Shown: piece after piece, positions 12,601-24,078 of the stretch
Layout of the letters: each line of letters starts with the position of its first letter
Position numbering within the stretch: the stretch's first letter is position 1
Assembly: GCA_963812605.1 (NCBI GenBank)
Contig: CAWEWF010000014.1
Coordinates: 32,001 to 96,000 of the forward strand
Direction: 5' to 3'
Length of the DNA stretch: 64,000 nt
DNA from: an uncultured Verrucomicrobiae bacterium
Lineage (GTDB): Bacteria; Verrucomicrobiota; Verrucomicrobiia; Palsa-1439
The notes under the pieces: generated by a model
What the model was told of the DNA's origin: nothing
The model's database searches: none
What the model saw: the letters and a program-made list of their open reading frames with translations, nothing else
Made by a program: the position numbers and the translations under genes

Positions 12601-15485
12601 TGCGTGCTGTTCGTGTTCAGGTCGTTGTGCAACCACACGAGCGCGGTGGCGGGATTGAAATTGGTAATGGCAAATTGTGTAAGGCCGTAGAGCTTGGCTG
12701 TGTCCGCGTCCGAAATCGGCGTGCCGACATTGCCATTGTACATGGCGATCTTGTACGTGACCGTGCCCGAGCCCTGGGCGGGAATTATCCCGTACCACCA
12801 ATCATAAGTGCCGTCGGCGCCGCTGCTCGTATGGCTAAATTGCAAGGGTATGATCTGCGTGGTCGTGCCATGCTTGGCAACGCCGAACGATCCCTCGGGC
12901 GCGGTGCCGTCGGTTGTGTAGTAAATGTTGCCCGTGGTGGTGTTGAATTGGTAACCGACCTTTACCCAATTGGTCACCGCCTGTCCGCCGGCAATGGGTG
13001 AACGCATGGCGAGGCCCTGATCCGTCGTATCGAGCGGATTGTGGTACACCCATGCGGCCGTTGAAGTGTTGACATTGACACCGCTGCCAAACGTGACCGT
13101 CGCGGAGCCGCCGATGGTGTAGGTGTATGTCTCCGCGCCCAGCGAAACCACGACGTTGCGGGAGATATTTGTAGCGGCAAATTTTTCGGGACCGTAGCGG
13201 AACTGGAACATGGCCTGTTCGTAGCCGAGGTACAGGTCATTGGTGTAACCGGGACGGTTGTCGCGCAGGTCCAGCATCGTACCCGTGAATTGGTTTAGCG
13301 GCCCGAAACCCATCTGGCTGTTGAGGTCGACGCCGCCATCGAGCTTGACCAACATGTTTTGCGTCGAGGCGTCGGCGCGCAACACCAGGTTTATCGGGCC
13401 GGAATTCGTGATGATCGGCACGTCAATCGCATAGGTGAGGTTGGAAACATTCGTGCCGCCGATGATGTTACCGGTTTGATCGATGCTGCCCCGCATTTGA
13501 AAGGGGTAGGACGGATTCCATCCGGTGTCACCATCGGGTCCGTCGGTGCGTAGCGTGGTCATCCGTGGCGCGTCCTGGCCGCCCTGCTGAATGGTGATCG
13601 CGTCCTTGAGTCCGGCCCGACTGGCCTGGGGACCTTGATACGCGTAAATAACGTACCCACCGCTGGGGACGACCAATTCAACCGCACCGCCATTGGCTGG
13701 AATGCTTTGCGAGCCTACATAGACAGTGGCGCCGTTGCTGGCCACGGCCACGCTCCGGCTATTGGTCGCCGGCCGAACGGTGATCTGACTGAAGGCGCGA
13801 TTGGCGCCAGGCCCGGAAGCCGCCAACTGGTAAAGCACCGAGCCGACCGGGAAATCCACCGCCAATCCCTGGGCATCACCGTTTGCGCCGGGGGGAATTG
13901 GGTCGCTGCCCGGCCAGGAGTCATTGATACCGTCCAAAAACGCTATGTCACCGGGAAAGTTAAGGTCGTCATTCATTACGAACAGCGACACCACCTGCGA
14001 AGACTGGCTGCTGCCCTCGCGGTAATCGTAGCGCTCAAACGCAACGGTATACTGATCGCTCCACCGCGGGATGGTGCCGCCGCGCGCTTCCTGGTTGTGG
14101 AGGTAGGCGACCTCGGGCATTTTATTGTCACCGAATTCGCCCAGGAATGGCGCATACGCAATCGCCGGAAATGCCCCGCCGCATTGCGCGCAATTCGCCG
14201 ATTCATAGTAGCCATCGCTGTAGAGCGAGGGCAGGCCCTCACGCATGAAAAAGTAGGCCATGAGCACCGCGCGTTGCGCCGTGAAGACGACACCCGGGTC
14301 ATGTGTGCCCACAAACATCTCGCGGTCAAAGGAGCTGAATCCCCCGGCGTCGCGCCCATCGTAGCCGGACAAGCTGTTGCCGTTCGGGTTGCCCAAAATG
14401 TTGTTGATGTTGTTGTGCAGGTTGATGTCTTCCAATCGCATGCCGCGATTGTAGTAATCATCAAAACTCGGCGGCTCCCCGAGGTGTTCGCCAAAGATGA
14501 TCGCGTCATTGCGCACCGCTTCGGTGTCGTACGCGCTGTTGCGATTGTCGTCCGGCTCATTGTAGCCGCTGATCGGGTTGTTGTAGCCGTAGCCGTGGAC
14601 GTAATCGAACATGGTCTGGATCGCGCCGTTGTAACCGTTGGGCGTGGAGCTGAGGTAGTCGCCGAAGAAAAAGCTCGGCACATGTTTCACCGCGTCCAGG
14701 CGAAATCCATCGCATTTCGTTTGATCCAGTTCCCACAAGACCGCGCGAATTTCGTAGGATGCGGTGTCTTCCGCCACCGGCACGCCGTTGGTCCCGTTGA
14801 ACGGGTGCCAGACGGTCGGGCCGGATTGCCCCTGGATCGGCGCGAGGGTGAAATCGGGGTAATACTCCGGATGGGTGGGTTGACGCACAAATATCAACTT
14901 TGGATTGGTGCTGCCGTCAATCGAACCGAAGTTTGCATTCGGGCTTTCCTGCGACAGATCGATCAAATCCGAGAAGCCATGGTTCTGGATTTGGAAGACG
15001 TCATTCCAATCGCTGATGTTTGGCCACTTGCGGTAAAAGCCATCGGGCGTGGTCTGCAAGTGGAAGTCCTCGGGCAAGAGGCCGGGATAAATCGTAATCG
15101 GTGTGTTCGCATCATACCCGGGCACACTGTAGCCACGGTGGTTCATGACATTGTCGAGATACACGCGAATGCCAAAACGGTGCGCGACGCGGACCACGTG
15201 GATCAATTCCTCCTTCGTGCCGTAGCGGGTGGGAATCGTGCCATTCTGGTCCTGGTCGCCGAGGTCAAAGGGATCGAAGATGTCATAACCGGCCGAGAAC
15301 TGGCTGGTGGCCTTGGTCGGCGGGGGCAGCCACAAGGCCGTGTATCCCGCCTCCGCAATTTCTGGCATCTTGTCTGCAATCTGGTTCCAGGTGAGATTAT
15401 ACAATTGAAGCATCGCCTCGGCGTGAACCGGCGCTGAAGACGCCACGCAGAGGAAAAGGATCGCGAGTAAGGTTCGGAGCTTCAT
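6614..15485 (-). CDS. Giant secreted alpha-glucanase (~2,950 aa once joined): N-terminal GH13, Ig-like and Ca-binding repeats, GH57-like domain, shared C-terminal domain; frameshifts near 9670, 8180 and 7712
   Basis: GH13 motifs LWLPPP, GYD, DNVMNH, DGFRLDAVKH, FGEH. GH57-like motifs LHGNQ, NLHLSGSL, YLAER, LADNWE in ORF 8176..9558. ORFs 9114..15485, 8176..9558, 7590..8609 and 6614..7960 join into one continuous protein ending KYYKVKVVP. Confidence 0.8.
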
Positions 15486-15830
15486 CCAGAAATTCCGTCA
15501 GGGGGCCGAAAGGTCGCTCGCGCTGCCCAATTCCTGTTGTTCATTTGCGGAGGTCCCGAAATCATCGCGGCGCGGCGTGAACGAAAACGAACCAGCCGCC
15601 TCAGGTCTGAGGTAAGCTTGCCACGTGCCTCGGAAACCCGTCGTGGGGCGATAAGGTCGCATCTGCTAAATCGCTTTACACCCGGCGCAAACCACCAGCG
15701 AACATTGACCGCAGTTTTTGGAAACGTCACCCTGTTGAAACACCGCTATAAGTAGCAAGTTTTGCCAACGATTTCAAGTTAAAACTGGCCTGGAACTGCG
15801 CTTGTCCGTGCTGGCCGAAAGGCCCTGTTT

Positions 15831-18800
15831 TCAGGGCAAAAGACGTACGCGATAATATCGTTGGGACACATTGGTTGCCGACGCATCCGGGTAGGACAGC
15901 CAGATCTGTCCTGCAGCGGCGGTCACCTGCGCATTGGGCAAATTCGTCCACCCTCCGCCAAACGAATCACACGCCATCACTTGATACGTCTTCCCGGGTA
16001 CGGAGGCCCAGGTGATGACGAATCCGCCAACGTCGGATGGCTGAACGGCTTGAATGACAAAGCCCTTGCTGGGATCGAGCCGGTCGTACACCCCGTCCCC
16101 GTCGTTGTCGATGAGCGCGGGAATCGAGAGGAAAAGGAATTCGTTGCTTTCGATATTGCCATTGGGGGTGACGGCCGGGGGCCCCTGCGCGACCAGCGCG
16201 CCGCCGTTGGTCGTCGAATACGCCGCGGCGCAAACGTAGATGTTGGATGGCATGGAGCCGAACGCTTGCACGAGATTGATCGTGCCTTCCATCAAGCCCG
16301 CATTGGTCGCCGCCTTGAAAGCCTGGTTCGACGCCGTCGTCTGCTGCCAGCCGACGTACGTATTGATGCTCTCGCCGCCGAGAAAGGGTTTTGTCGAGAG
16401 CACTGCATTTTGACCGACCTTGTTCCAAGTGGGGAAGGCGGGTTGCATTGTCGGCGAGAGCTGGTCGGTCACGATGATGAAGTGATCGTTGACGCCATTG
16501 TTGTTGCTGCCCGGTGACCAGGTGGCGACGTAGAGCATGGGCCCGCGCACGGCCGCATAGAGGATCATCGGCGACCCGGGCGGAGTTTGCAGATAATTGG
16601 TCGAATCCGCGACCCCATCCATGATGAATGGCGGATAACTGCCGGCCGGTGGCAGAGTCTGCGTCGTGCCGCAACCGGGCGCCGATTGCGCCGACGCGCC
16701 GATGCCATTGGTTGCGGAGATCGTGTAGCAGTATTGTGTCCGGCTTGTAACCCGCCATCCGTATAGCCCGCTCCGTTTGCCGTCCCGATGGGCACGCCGC
16801 CACGGTAAACGATGTACCCCGTCGCGCCACTCGACCCGGCCCACGTCACGTTGATTTGGTTGGTTGCGACGCCGCTAGCGGAGACATTGGTGGGGGGCGA
16901 TGGCGCGGCGGGCGGAGCGCCCGCATTGGGCGCGACGTACACGTGCTGGATAGGGGAGTTGTAAGTGTTGCCCCGGCTATCCGTTGCGCTCACGTAATAG
17001 TCGACGTATGTGTCCGAAAGACCTGTGATCTTCGCGTAGTAATAATCGGCCAGGTACTTCGGCGGCAGCAGCGTGTTTTGCGCCGCCACGGAGCGTTGTG
17101 TCATCGGTTGGAGAACCCACGGAGCGGTGTCCGCGCCGCCCGCGTAGGTCTTGAATTCATCCTGGGTGGGTGGCCGATTATTGCCGTTGGCGCGATAGAG
17201 CAGCGTTACGTTGGTGATGCCCGAGACGTCATACGCGTAGGTCCAGACCCAAAAATCGGTATTACTGGGAACGTAAACACTGGAGGAGTATTCGACGCCA
17301 AAATTTGTGGTCCCAGGATTCCACGGGTTGCGTTGCGGAAGGAAAACCGTGGGTGGGGTTGCGTCCAGGCTTTCGTTGCCCAAGAGGATGGGATCGACAT
17401 TGCGCACGGCATTGGACTGTGCGATCACCGGCCGCCAGCACTCGTCCGCCGTGCAGCCGAAGTACACAAAACCGCTGTCGAGGCCACCCAAATAATAATG
17501 CCAGCCGAGTTCGACCGCGTTTGCCGTCTGGCTGAAGCTGCCCGGGTCGCGAATCTGGTCAATGCGATTGGTGTACAGGCCACCGGAGAGGGAGTTGGTG
17601 ATTTGCTGTGCGGTCTTGACACGATTCTCGGTGGCGATGTACGTGCGCCAGACGTCGCCCTTGTCGGTGACGCCGCGGCTCGGGTCAACAACGTTATGCG
17701 GGGTGGTATTGGTGGAATAGCTTGGCGGCCAATTCCAGCCCACGAAGGTCGGGGATCCGAAATCGTTGGCGCCCTGGTTATAGACCCAGCCGCCATCTTC
17801 CACGTGCACGATGTCGCTGGTGCTGGGGGGAAAATCTGACAGGAATTGCTCAATCGTGGTGGGATCGAAACCCTGGCCGGACGCGTCATTGGCAAACTGG
17901 TCCGCCCAACTCGCCCAGTAGGAATTCCCGTCCGCCCAGGCGTTGTCGCCATCATGGGCCAGCAGGAGAATCGAAGGTTTGCTCGGGTCGTTGCGCGAGG
18001 AGATCGGGTTGATCAGGCTGCCCGAACCGGTGTCAGTCCACGTCCCGGCGCTGTCGGCCCAACCCAGGACCTGGTCGGCGGGAACAACGATGAGGGTCGA
18101 TGCGACGCCCGTGGTCGGGTCGACATAGCGCGCGTAATGGGTCTGGAAGGCAAACGGAGCCACCGCCGTCGGCGAACAACCGAGCGATGTGTAGCCGCGT
18201 GTAATGTAATTGCCGGCGCCCTGGGCCGGATTGATCTGGTCGGCTTTATTGGGCAGGTCGCAGGCTTCGCCGGCCTGGCCGAGTCCCGCCAACACGAAGT
18301 CCGAACAGGAACGCGTCAAATGATTGTTCGCCACAACACTCCAGGCGATTCCCAGTTTGTTCAGGGTGGGGATGATGTGTTCGCTGAAGCACGTCTCCGC
18401 CGGGAAATATCCGCGAGAACCCACGCCCCAAAAAATCTGCTGCTGGCGTTGATGAATCAGGATGTCCATCTCCAACGTTTCATCGCTCACCAGCGGGGCG
18501 ATGCAATGATGATACGTGAAGTTGGTCAGGTCCATGCGCGGTTTGCCGCCGGAAGTTGTCCAACCGTGCGCTTGCTGGTTGTAAGTGTACCAGGTCGAGC
18601 CATAGTACTGGCCCGCTTGCGCCAGGCTTTGTACGTTCTCCATCAACGCACCGGAAAAGTTCAGTTGTCCGCCGGCATTGGGGAGACTTAAAATGCCGCC
18701 GATCGCGTCGTGGGGATAATTCTGGTAGTCCTGAATCCGGTTGGCGTCGCCAAACACGCCGGGCAGGCTGGTGTCACTGGGATGAGTAAACCCGTTGTTG

Positions 18801-19018
18801 TCGAGTTGCATTGTGTCCCAGGCATTTTGATAGTGATCGCCGGCATGGTTGGCGGGGGCGCGGTCCGGCCAGTAAATTGGCTGGTGCATATGCCAAAGCC
18901 AACTGGTGTGGAGGTTGGTATTTGCGGAAGTGATCAGGCAGGTGGTTTGCAGGAGAACACCAATCCAAATCAAAGCACGGCCCTTCGAGGTCTTCATCCA
19001 TCCCGACTTGGGGTTCAT
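15831..19018 (-). CDS. Secreted GH57/GH119-like alpha-amylase with an FN3 domain and the shared C-terminal domain; frameshift near 16740
   Basis: WHMHQPIYW, NFSGAL, YFPAETCFS, LAHDGDN; FN3 pattern PPTNVSA...W...GY.VYR...Y.Y.ISATN spans the frameshift; ends RYYRVRLLP. Confidence 0.8.
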
Positions 19019-19111
19019 TGGTGGTCCGTAGAACGTTTTACTTCACAAGGAAGTTAACATTTCGTTGAGCATTATTGCAAGCCGATTGTACTGAAGCGCG
19101 CGAGAAAAGTT

Positions 19112-19162
19112 GGAGGGCGAGCCTCCCATAAACCTCTAGGGGCACAGGCGTCCCTGCCTGTG
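19112..19162. repeat. Intergenic REP-like palindromic remnants
   Basis: GGAGGGCGAGCCTCCC (19112-19127) and the hairpin CACAGGC-GTCCCT-GCCTGTG (19143-19162). Confidence 0.5.
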
Positions 19163-19214
19163 TCGACGGATTTTAGCAGGCTCAAGAGGCTTGTCCACGA
19201 TAGCGAGATGAGAT

Positions 19215-20453
19215 CTAACGCTGTGATTGTGCAACAGCGGTCAGCAGCGCCGCCACTTTCTCAGCCGCTGGCGAGGATTCGTGAGCAGCCCTGCCGGTCT
19301 TTGCAGTCCGCCCCTCTGCGATCAATTTGTCGAGGGCATTTGCCAGCGCCTTGGAGTCAGCGCAATCTACAACTTCACCCTCAGCGCCGTAATGATGATG
19401 CGAGACCACCCGGCATTCCGCCGCCAACGCCTCCGCAATGGTCAGCCCGTAGCTCTCGTGCTTTGAAGGCGAGACAAAGATGTCCGCGCGTTGCAGCAGC
19501 GCCGCTTTCTGCGCGCCGGTGACATGGCCGGTGAATTCCACGCGCGCGGTCGCAATCCGCGCCGCGAGCCGTCGCAGCTTCTGTTCATAAGCGCGCCCCT
19601 TCATATAAGCCGGCCCGCCACAGATAAACACGCGCACCTTCTTGTCCGTGGTATTCAGATGGGGAAGGGCAGCCAGTAAACGTTCGATCCCTTTCTCCGG
19701 TGACAGGCGGCTGAGTGTGAGGATGACAATCTCGTCTTCGCCGATACTGTAGCGGCGCTCTATGAGCGCCGCCGGATCCTGTGAATTTGAGGAACGGCGG
19801 TCATAGACCGCCGCTACAGATGCGACCGGCTTCGCGATATTCCCCCACGGCAACACGACAATCTTCTCCGGCGCACACCACGGATAGCACCGCAGGATTA
19901 CCTCCCGCATTGGCGCCGAAGGCACGACAATCCGAGCACTGTGACGCACGCATTGATACTGTTTCTCAAACACCAGCTTCAACACATCCGGCATGACGCC
20001 AAACCAGCGGAACCGCGCCGCCGTTTCCGGCCGGATCAACCCGCGCAAATAAAACCGCGTGAAATACTCGACCACATCCACATGGAAAATCGTCACAACC
20101 CGATACCCGCGCTCGCCCAACGCCGCGAAATCCGGCCCCTCGCTGATGTCGTTGCTGAGGACGACGCACTGCTGCGGATCGCGCTTTAAGATTTCACTCG
20201 TCGCCGCTCGCTCAAATTCCCGGCAGAACCGCGCATATTCCAGTTCCTGCATGTCCGTCAGCCGTTGGTAGGGCAGGCGGCCCGCCTGCCACAGCCCTAC
20301 CGACTTCGGGCTCAACGCCGCAAGCGGAAACGGATTCCGCTCGCGCCACTCACGAATCAAATAGTCCACGACCGCTTTCCCTCCACCTAGTGGCTCCGAG
20401 TCGGGAAAGTCCGCATGCGCGGCAGAGTAGAGAACTTCAAGATTCACGGACAA
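19215..20453 (-). CDS. Glycosyltransferase family 4 (GT-B)
   Basis: LSRLSPEKG, FTGHV and DIFVSPSKHESYGLTIAEALA (EX7E motif). Confidence 0.9.
   Translation of the reverse strand: MSVNLEVLYSAAHADFPDSEPLGGGKAVVDYLIREWRERNPFPLAALSPKSVGLWQAGRLPYQRLTDMQELEYARFCREFERAATSEILKRDPQQCVVLSNDISEGPDFAALGERGYRVVTIFHVDVVEYFTRFYLRGLIRPETAARFRWFGVMPDVLKLVFEKQYQCVRHSARIVVPSAPMREVILRCYPWCAPEKIVVLPWGNIAKPVASVAAVYDRRSSNSQDPAALIERRYSIGEDEIVILTLSRLSPEKGIERLLAALPHLNTTDKKVRVFICGGPAYMKGRAYEQKLRRLAARIATARVEFTGHVTGAQKAALLQRADIFVSPSKHESYGLTIAEALAAECRVVSHHHYGAEGEVVDCADSKALANALDKLIAEGRTAKTGRAAHESSPAAEKVAALLTAVAQSQR
19748..19818. repeat. GTAG-type REP doublet (REPIN) inside the GT4 reading frame
   Basis: TGTAGCGGCGCTCTATGAGCGCCG (19748-19771) and the inverted copy CGGCGGTCATAGACCGCCGCTACA (19795-19818). 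Each arm is an 8-bp hairpin; the two arms differ by a compensatory C:G/G:C swap. Confidence 0.85.
20266..20301. repeat. Degenerate GTAG REP inside the GT4 reading frame
   Basis: GGTAG, then the hairpin GGCAGGCG-GCC-CGCCTGCC, then an inverted GCCCTACC. Confidence 0.6.
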
Positions 20454-20463
20454 AGTTGTGCTA

Positions 20464-20540
20464 CGTCATTCCGAGCTTGTCGAGGAATCTCTGCCTTTTT
20501 CTCGGAACGACAGAGACCCTTCGACAAGCTCAGGGTGACA
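20464..20540. repeat. CGTC/TGTC-tagged REP doublet (intergenic)
   Basis: CGTCATTCCGAGCTTGTCGAGGAATCTC; the reverse complement of 20513-20540 is TGTCACCCTGAGCTTGTCGAAGGGTCTC. Confidence 0.8.
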
Positions 20541-20604
20541 CGGTTGGAGGTTTGACCTTGTTGCAAGCAAGACTGCACGCTACCATACTGTTAGCAGATG
20601 GCGC

Positions 20605-21183
20605 ATGCGCGGGATAAAACACTGCAACATCGTCGATGATCCGGCAGATGCGCTGGTTTATTCCACCAATATTCTGCTGAATTGCACGGGTGGAGTTGGC
20701 GCGTCGTTGCTAGAACGGTATGGGCCAAAGTTTCAGGTCGAACTCCACGAAATTCTCAAAAATCGGGGTTCGCGCTTCGCAGATCAAGGTGAGGTTATCA
20801 ACCACGTTCCTGTGGGTCTTCCCTACAGATATCTGCTGCATACCACGCCGTGTGATGCGATGTACGACACAACACCTGAGATTGCAGAAGATGTGTTGTT
20901 GCGGGCGCTTGCCATCTGCGCCGGAGATCCGGCTGTGCGGCGTGTTGCAGTCAGTGCGCTTGCCACCGGTTTCGGGCATCTGGGATTCGATGCCTTCGTT
21001 TCGATTGCGGCGCGGGTCTTTAACGATCTCCGCTTTACGCCGCTAACCGTATCATCCTCTGTATCGACGACGCATTTACCTTTCAGTGCGCGCAAGAAAT
21101 AATACGGGACAAGGATTTGCCCCTGGGAGTTGAATCAGGAAAAATCATTTCACCGAAGCGTCGGCAAAGTCACACTCCCTGAG
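20605..21183 (+). CDS. Macro domain (ADP-ribose binding/hydrolase) protein; probable frameshift near 21035
   Basis: NIV...ADALVYSTN...GGVGASL and VAVSALATGFG macrodomain motifs. ORF 20605..21102 continues plausibly in another frame to 21183. Confidence 0.75.
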
Positions 21184-21250
21184 ACCACTCGAGATTCGAT
21201 GCAGTGGGTGGTCACCCAAGATACGAGCACACAGGCATGAGTAATCGGTT

Positions 21251-22372
21251 CTACGGCTGTGGGAACTTCTTGTTAAGAAACCGGCCGTTCTTTTGAATGA
21301 GCGCGCCGTCGACGTACAACTCGCCGCCTTTGCGGAGGTCACAGACCATGTCCCAGTGCAGGCCGCTGCGGTTCTTGTTGCCGGTCTCGGTGTAACCCGC
21401 GCCGAGCGCGAGGTGGATCGTGCCGCCGATTTTTTCATCGAACAACGTGTTCTTCGTGTAGCGCGTCACGTTGTAATTCGTCCCGATGGCGCCTTCGCCA
21501 AGGTAACAGGAGCCGCCATCCATGTTGATCATCGCCCGCAGGAAATCCTGCCCTTTTTCCGCCTCGGCTTTCACGACCTTCCCGCGCTCGAAGGTCAGTC
21601 GCGCGCCATGCACTTCGCGTCCGCCATGGACCGCCGGGAAACTGAATTTCACATGGCCTTCGACGCTGTTCTCGACCGGCCCGGTGAAGACCTCGCCGTC
21701 GGGGAAATTGTAATGGCCGTCACAGTTGATCCACTTGCGGCCTTTGCAGGAGTAACGGATGTCGGTGTCTTCCGCGACGATGCGCACTTCGCGCGACTTG
21801 TTGAGGAAATTGGTGAGGGCTTGCTGCTCCTTTGAGATGCGTTTCCAGGCGGCGATGGGATCGCGATCGTCGAGATGGCCCGCGCCGAACACGAATTCCT
21901 CATATTCCGTCAGCGACATCTCGGCGTCCTGCGCGCTGGCATTGCACGGCCATTGCGTGCCGACCCACCGCAACTTGCCGCTCGCGCTGCGGTCCATGAA
22001 AATTTTGTTGATCGGTTTGCGCGCGGAAGAGGCCGCCGCCAGCAGTTTCGGGTCAACATTGGTCAACGCCTTGGTGTTCTCCTCGGCCCAGAAGCTGATG
22101 AGCGCGTCCACCTTGCTGAGCTTGTACTTCGCGAACGGCGACACCCACTTGAGCTGCTCTTTATTCGCCTCTGCGTAGAAGATTTCTGCCAGGCTATCAA
22201 TGCGCACGTCGGTGATCACAAATGCGCCGCAGCGTAACGCCGCGCGGTAGCATTCGCGCAGCAACGGGGCGGTGGACGCATCGCCCTGGATGGCGACGAT
22301 GTCGCCGGGTTTCAGCGCGACGGAGTATTCCGTCAGCAAGCGGGCAAGTTTTTCGTGGCGCGGGTCTTTCAT
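21251..22372 (-). CDS. Aminopeptidase, M29 family (AmpS/AmpT-like)
   Basis: NFPDGEVFTGP, LGE.AIG, LFDEKIGGTIHLALG, SGLHWDM. Confidence 0.92.
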   Translation of the reverse strand: MKDPRHEKLARLLTEYSVALKPGDIVAIQGDASTAPLLRECYRAALRCGAFVITDVRIDSLAEIFYAEANKEQLKWVSPFAKYKLSKVDALISFWAEENTKALTNVDPKLLAAASSARKPINKIFMDRSASGKLRWVGTQWPCNASAQDAEMSLTEYEEFVFGAGHLDDRDPIAAWKRISKEQQALTNFLNKSREVRIVAEDTDIRYSCKGRKWINCDGHYNFPDGEVFTGPVENSVEGHVKFSFPAVHGGREVHGARLTFERGKVVKAEAEKGQDFLRAMINMDGGSCYLGEGAIGTNYNVTRYTKNTLFDEKIGGTIHLALGAGYTETGNKNRSGLHWDMVCDLRKGGELYVDGALIQKNGRFLNKKFPQP

Positions 22373-22374
22373 GA

Positions 22375-23884
22375 TCACTGAACCTCCTGTATTGATTCGT
22401 CTTTGGCGGTCGCGGCGGCTTCTGGCAGCGGCGCAATCTCCACGACTCGCCACTCCGCCCAATCCAGCGGGTCCACGTCCAGATAATAGGTATGAACGCA
22501 GGTGAGCACGCGCTGGGGATCGCCCAGCACTTTCAGCGGGATGCGCAGGGTCAATTCCTGTCCCCGACGATGGATTTGCACGGCGTTTTTCGGCAATCGG
22601 CGCGTCTGATCCACGACTTCATGCCACAGCTCCCCGACGTTAATCCGCAGTTTCGGCATCTGCTCAAAGGGCTGACCGGCACGATAGCCGAAGGCAAAAA
22701 TCGAAGCCGATACGCCGCCGAACAAGTGCTTTGACAGGCGCACGGTCACCACCAGTTTGTCATCCTCCAGCCGGGTCGACATCTTTTCGATACCGACGAA
22801 ATTCGTCCGTTCCTCGTCATTCAACTGTTCCTTGAGCAGTGGAAAGCGTTGTCGGCGACCCGCCAGAAACTGGTTGTTCGTTTGAACGGCGGACGCAGTA
22901 ACGGGTGGGAAATCGCCAAACAACTCATTGGCCCGGACAAATGAGTTCAGGTAGGTCCGGCTATACTCCAGTTGACTGCGATGCGCTTGCAATGCTGATT
23001 TCTTAACCTGAACCTGTTGTGGAGACAATGGCACAATGCTCCAATCGACAATGTCGGCCAGCCGCGATGGAGGCTGGATGGGGCTGGGCAATCTGCAAGC
23101 CTTCCGGCACCGGCCAGTGGGCGAAGTGGACGAGGTACGGATAAACTTCCGGGCACATTTCGCTTTCGAGGTCCCACAGCGCCACGCGGGTGAAGAGATA
23201 CAATGCCTGGTGATCGACGTTGTGGTCCGATGGATGGGAAACGAACACTTTGGTCGGCTTGAACTCGCGCAGGTTCGTCTCGATGTCATGGAGGATGTCC
23301 TCACCCTTGTAAGGCGCGCCGGGCCGAAACGCGTTGGCATAGGGGACTTTCGTGACCCGGGTCAACATGCTCTCGAGTGGTGGCTGGTTGGCCCAGTGCC
23401 GGTACCAGATGGTCAGCGTGCCGAAATCCGGATAGCCCAGAAACGCGAGTTGATCCGGCTCAACCCCGAGGACTTTGGCAGCGGCGACGCCCTCATCGTG
23501 TCGCACCTCACCCATTTCCCGAACGGATCCGGGCATTAACACGAATCGCCTGCGATACATCATGAACGACCATTCGTTGTTGTCGCCATAGGTGAGCCAG
23601 ACAATCCGCACCGGCAGTTTCATGGCGACCGCTTCCTGAATGACGCCGGCGCAACCAAGAGTCTCGTCATCGGGGTGCGGCGCGAACACGAGGATCCGAT
23701 CATCTTGACCAAGGGTTGGCTTGATCGGCAGTGAGGCCTCGACCAGCGGCTGGTCGCGTGCCATCGCGCAGGTGATACCCATCCCGCAGGAGAGGGCAAG
23801 GAGAAAGACTCGCCTTGCTGCGGACCGGAATTGCCGCCAGCGATGAGTCAGATGAGTCAATTGATTGTTAGCCTTCAGCGCCAC
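22375..23884 (-). CDS. PIG-L/LmbE family deacetylase; frameshift near 23085; start uncertain
   Basis: FAPHPDDETLG, LTYGD, FLGYPD, HPSDHNVDH; C-terminal KKSALQAHRSQ in ORF 22375..23340. Confidence 0.85.
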
Positions 23885-24078
23885 TTCGAGAATCAGTCCC
23901 CAAATCGAATCGGAGGTTACGTTGTCGCCCCGATTTTGTCCATCCTGACGAAAGGAGGCGAAGCCGGAGCGGAGACAGGAATGGAGTTCACTGAGCCGCA
24001 AGTCATTAGGTGGTCGCTGACGGCATAGGGAATGCTTTCTTTAGGTGCGTACGAGCAGCGAAAAGGAGGCCGAAAACA

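Noticed and set aside
15486-15830. Riboswitch in the long leader of the giant amylase
   Set aside because: No recognisable aptamer consensus; an Rfam scan would be needed.
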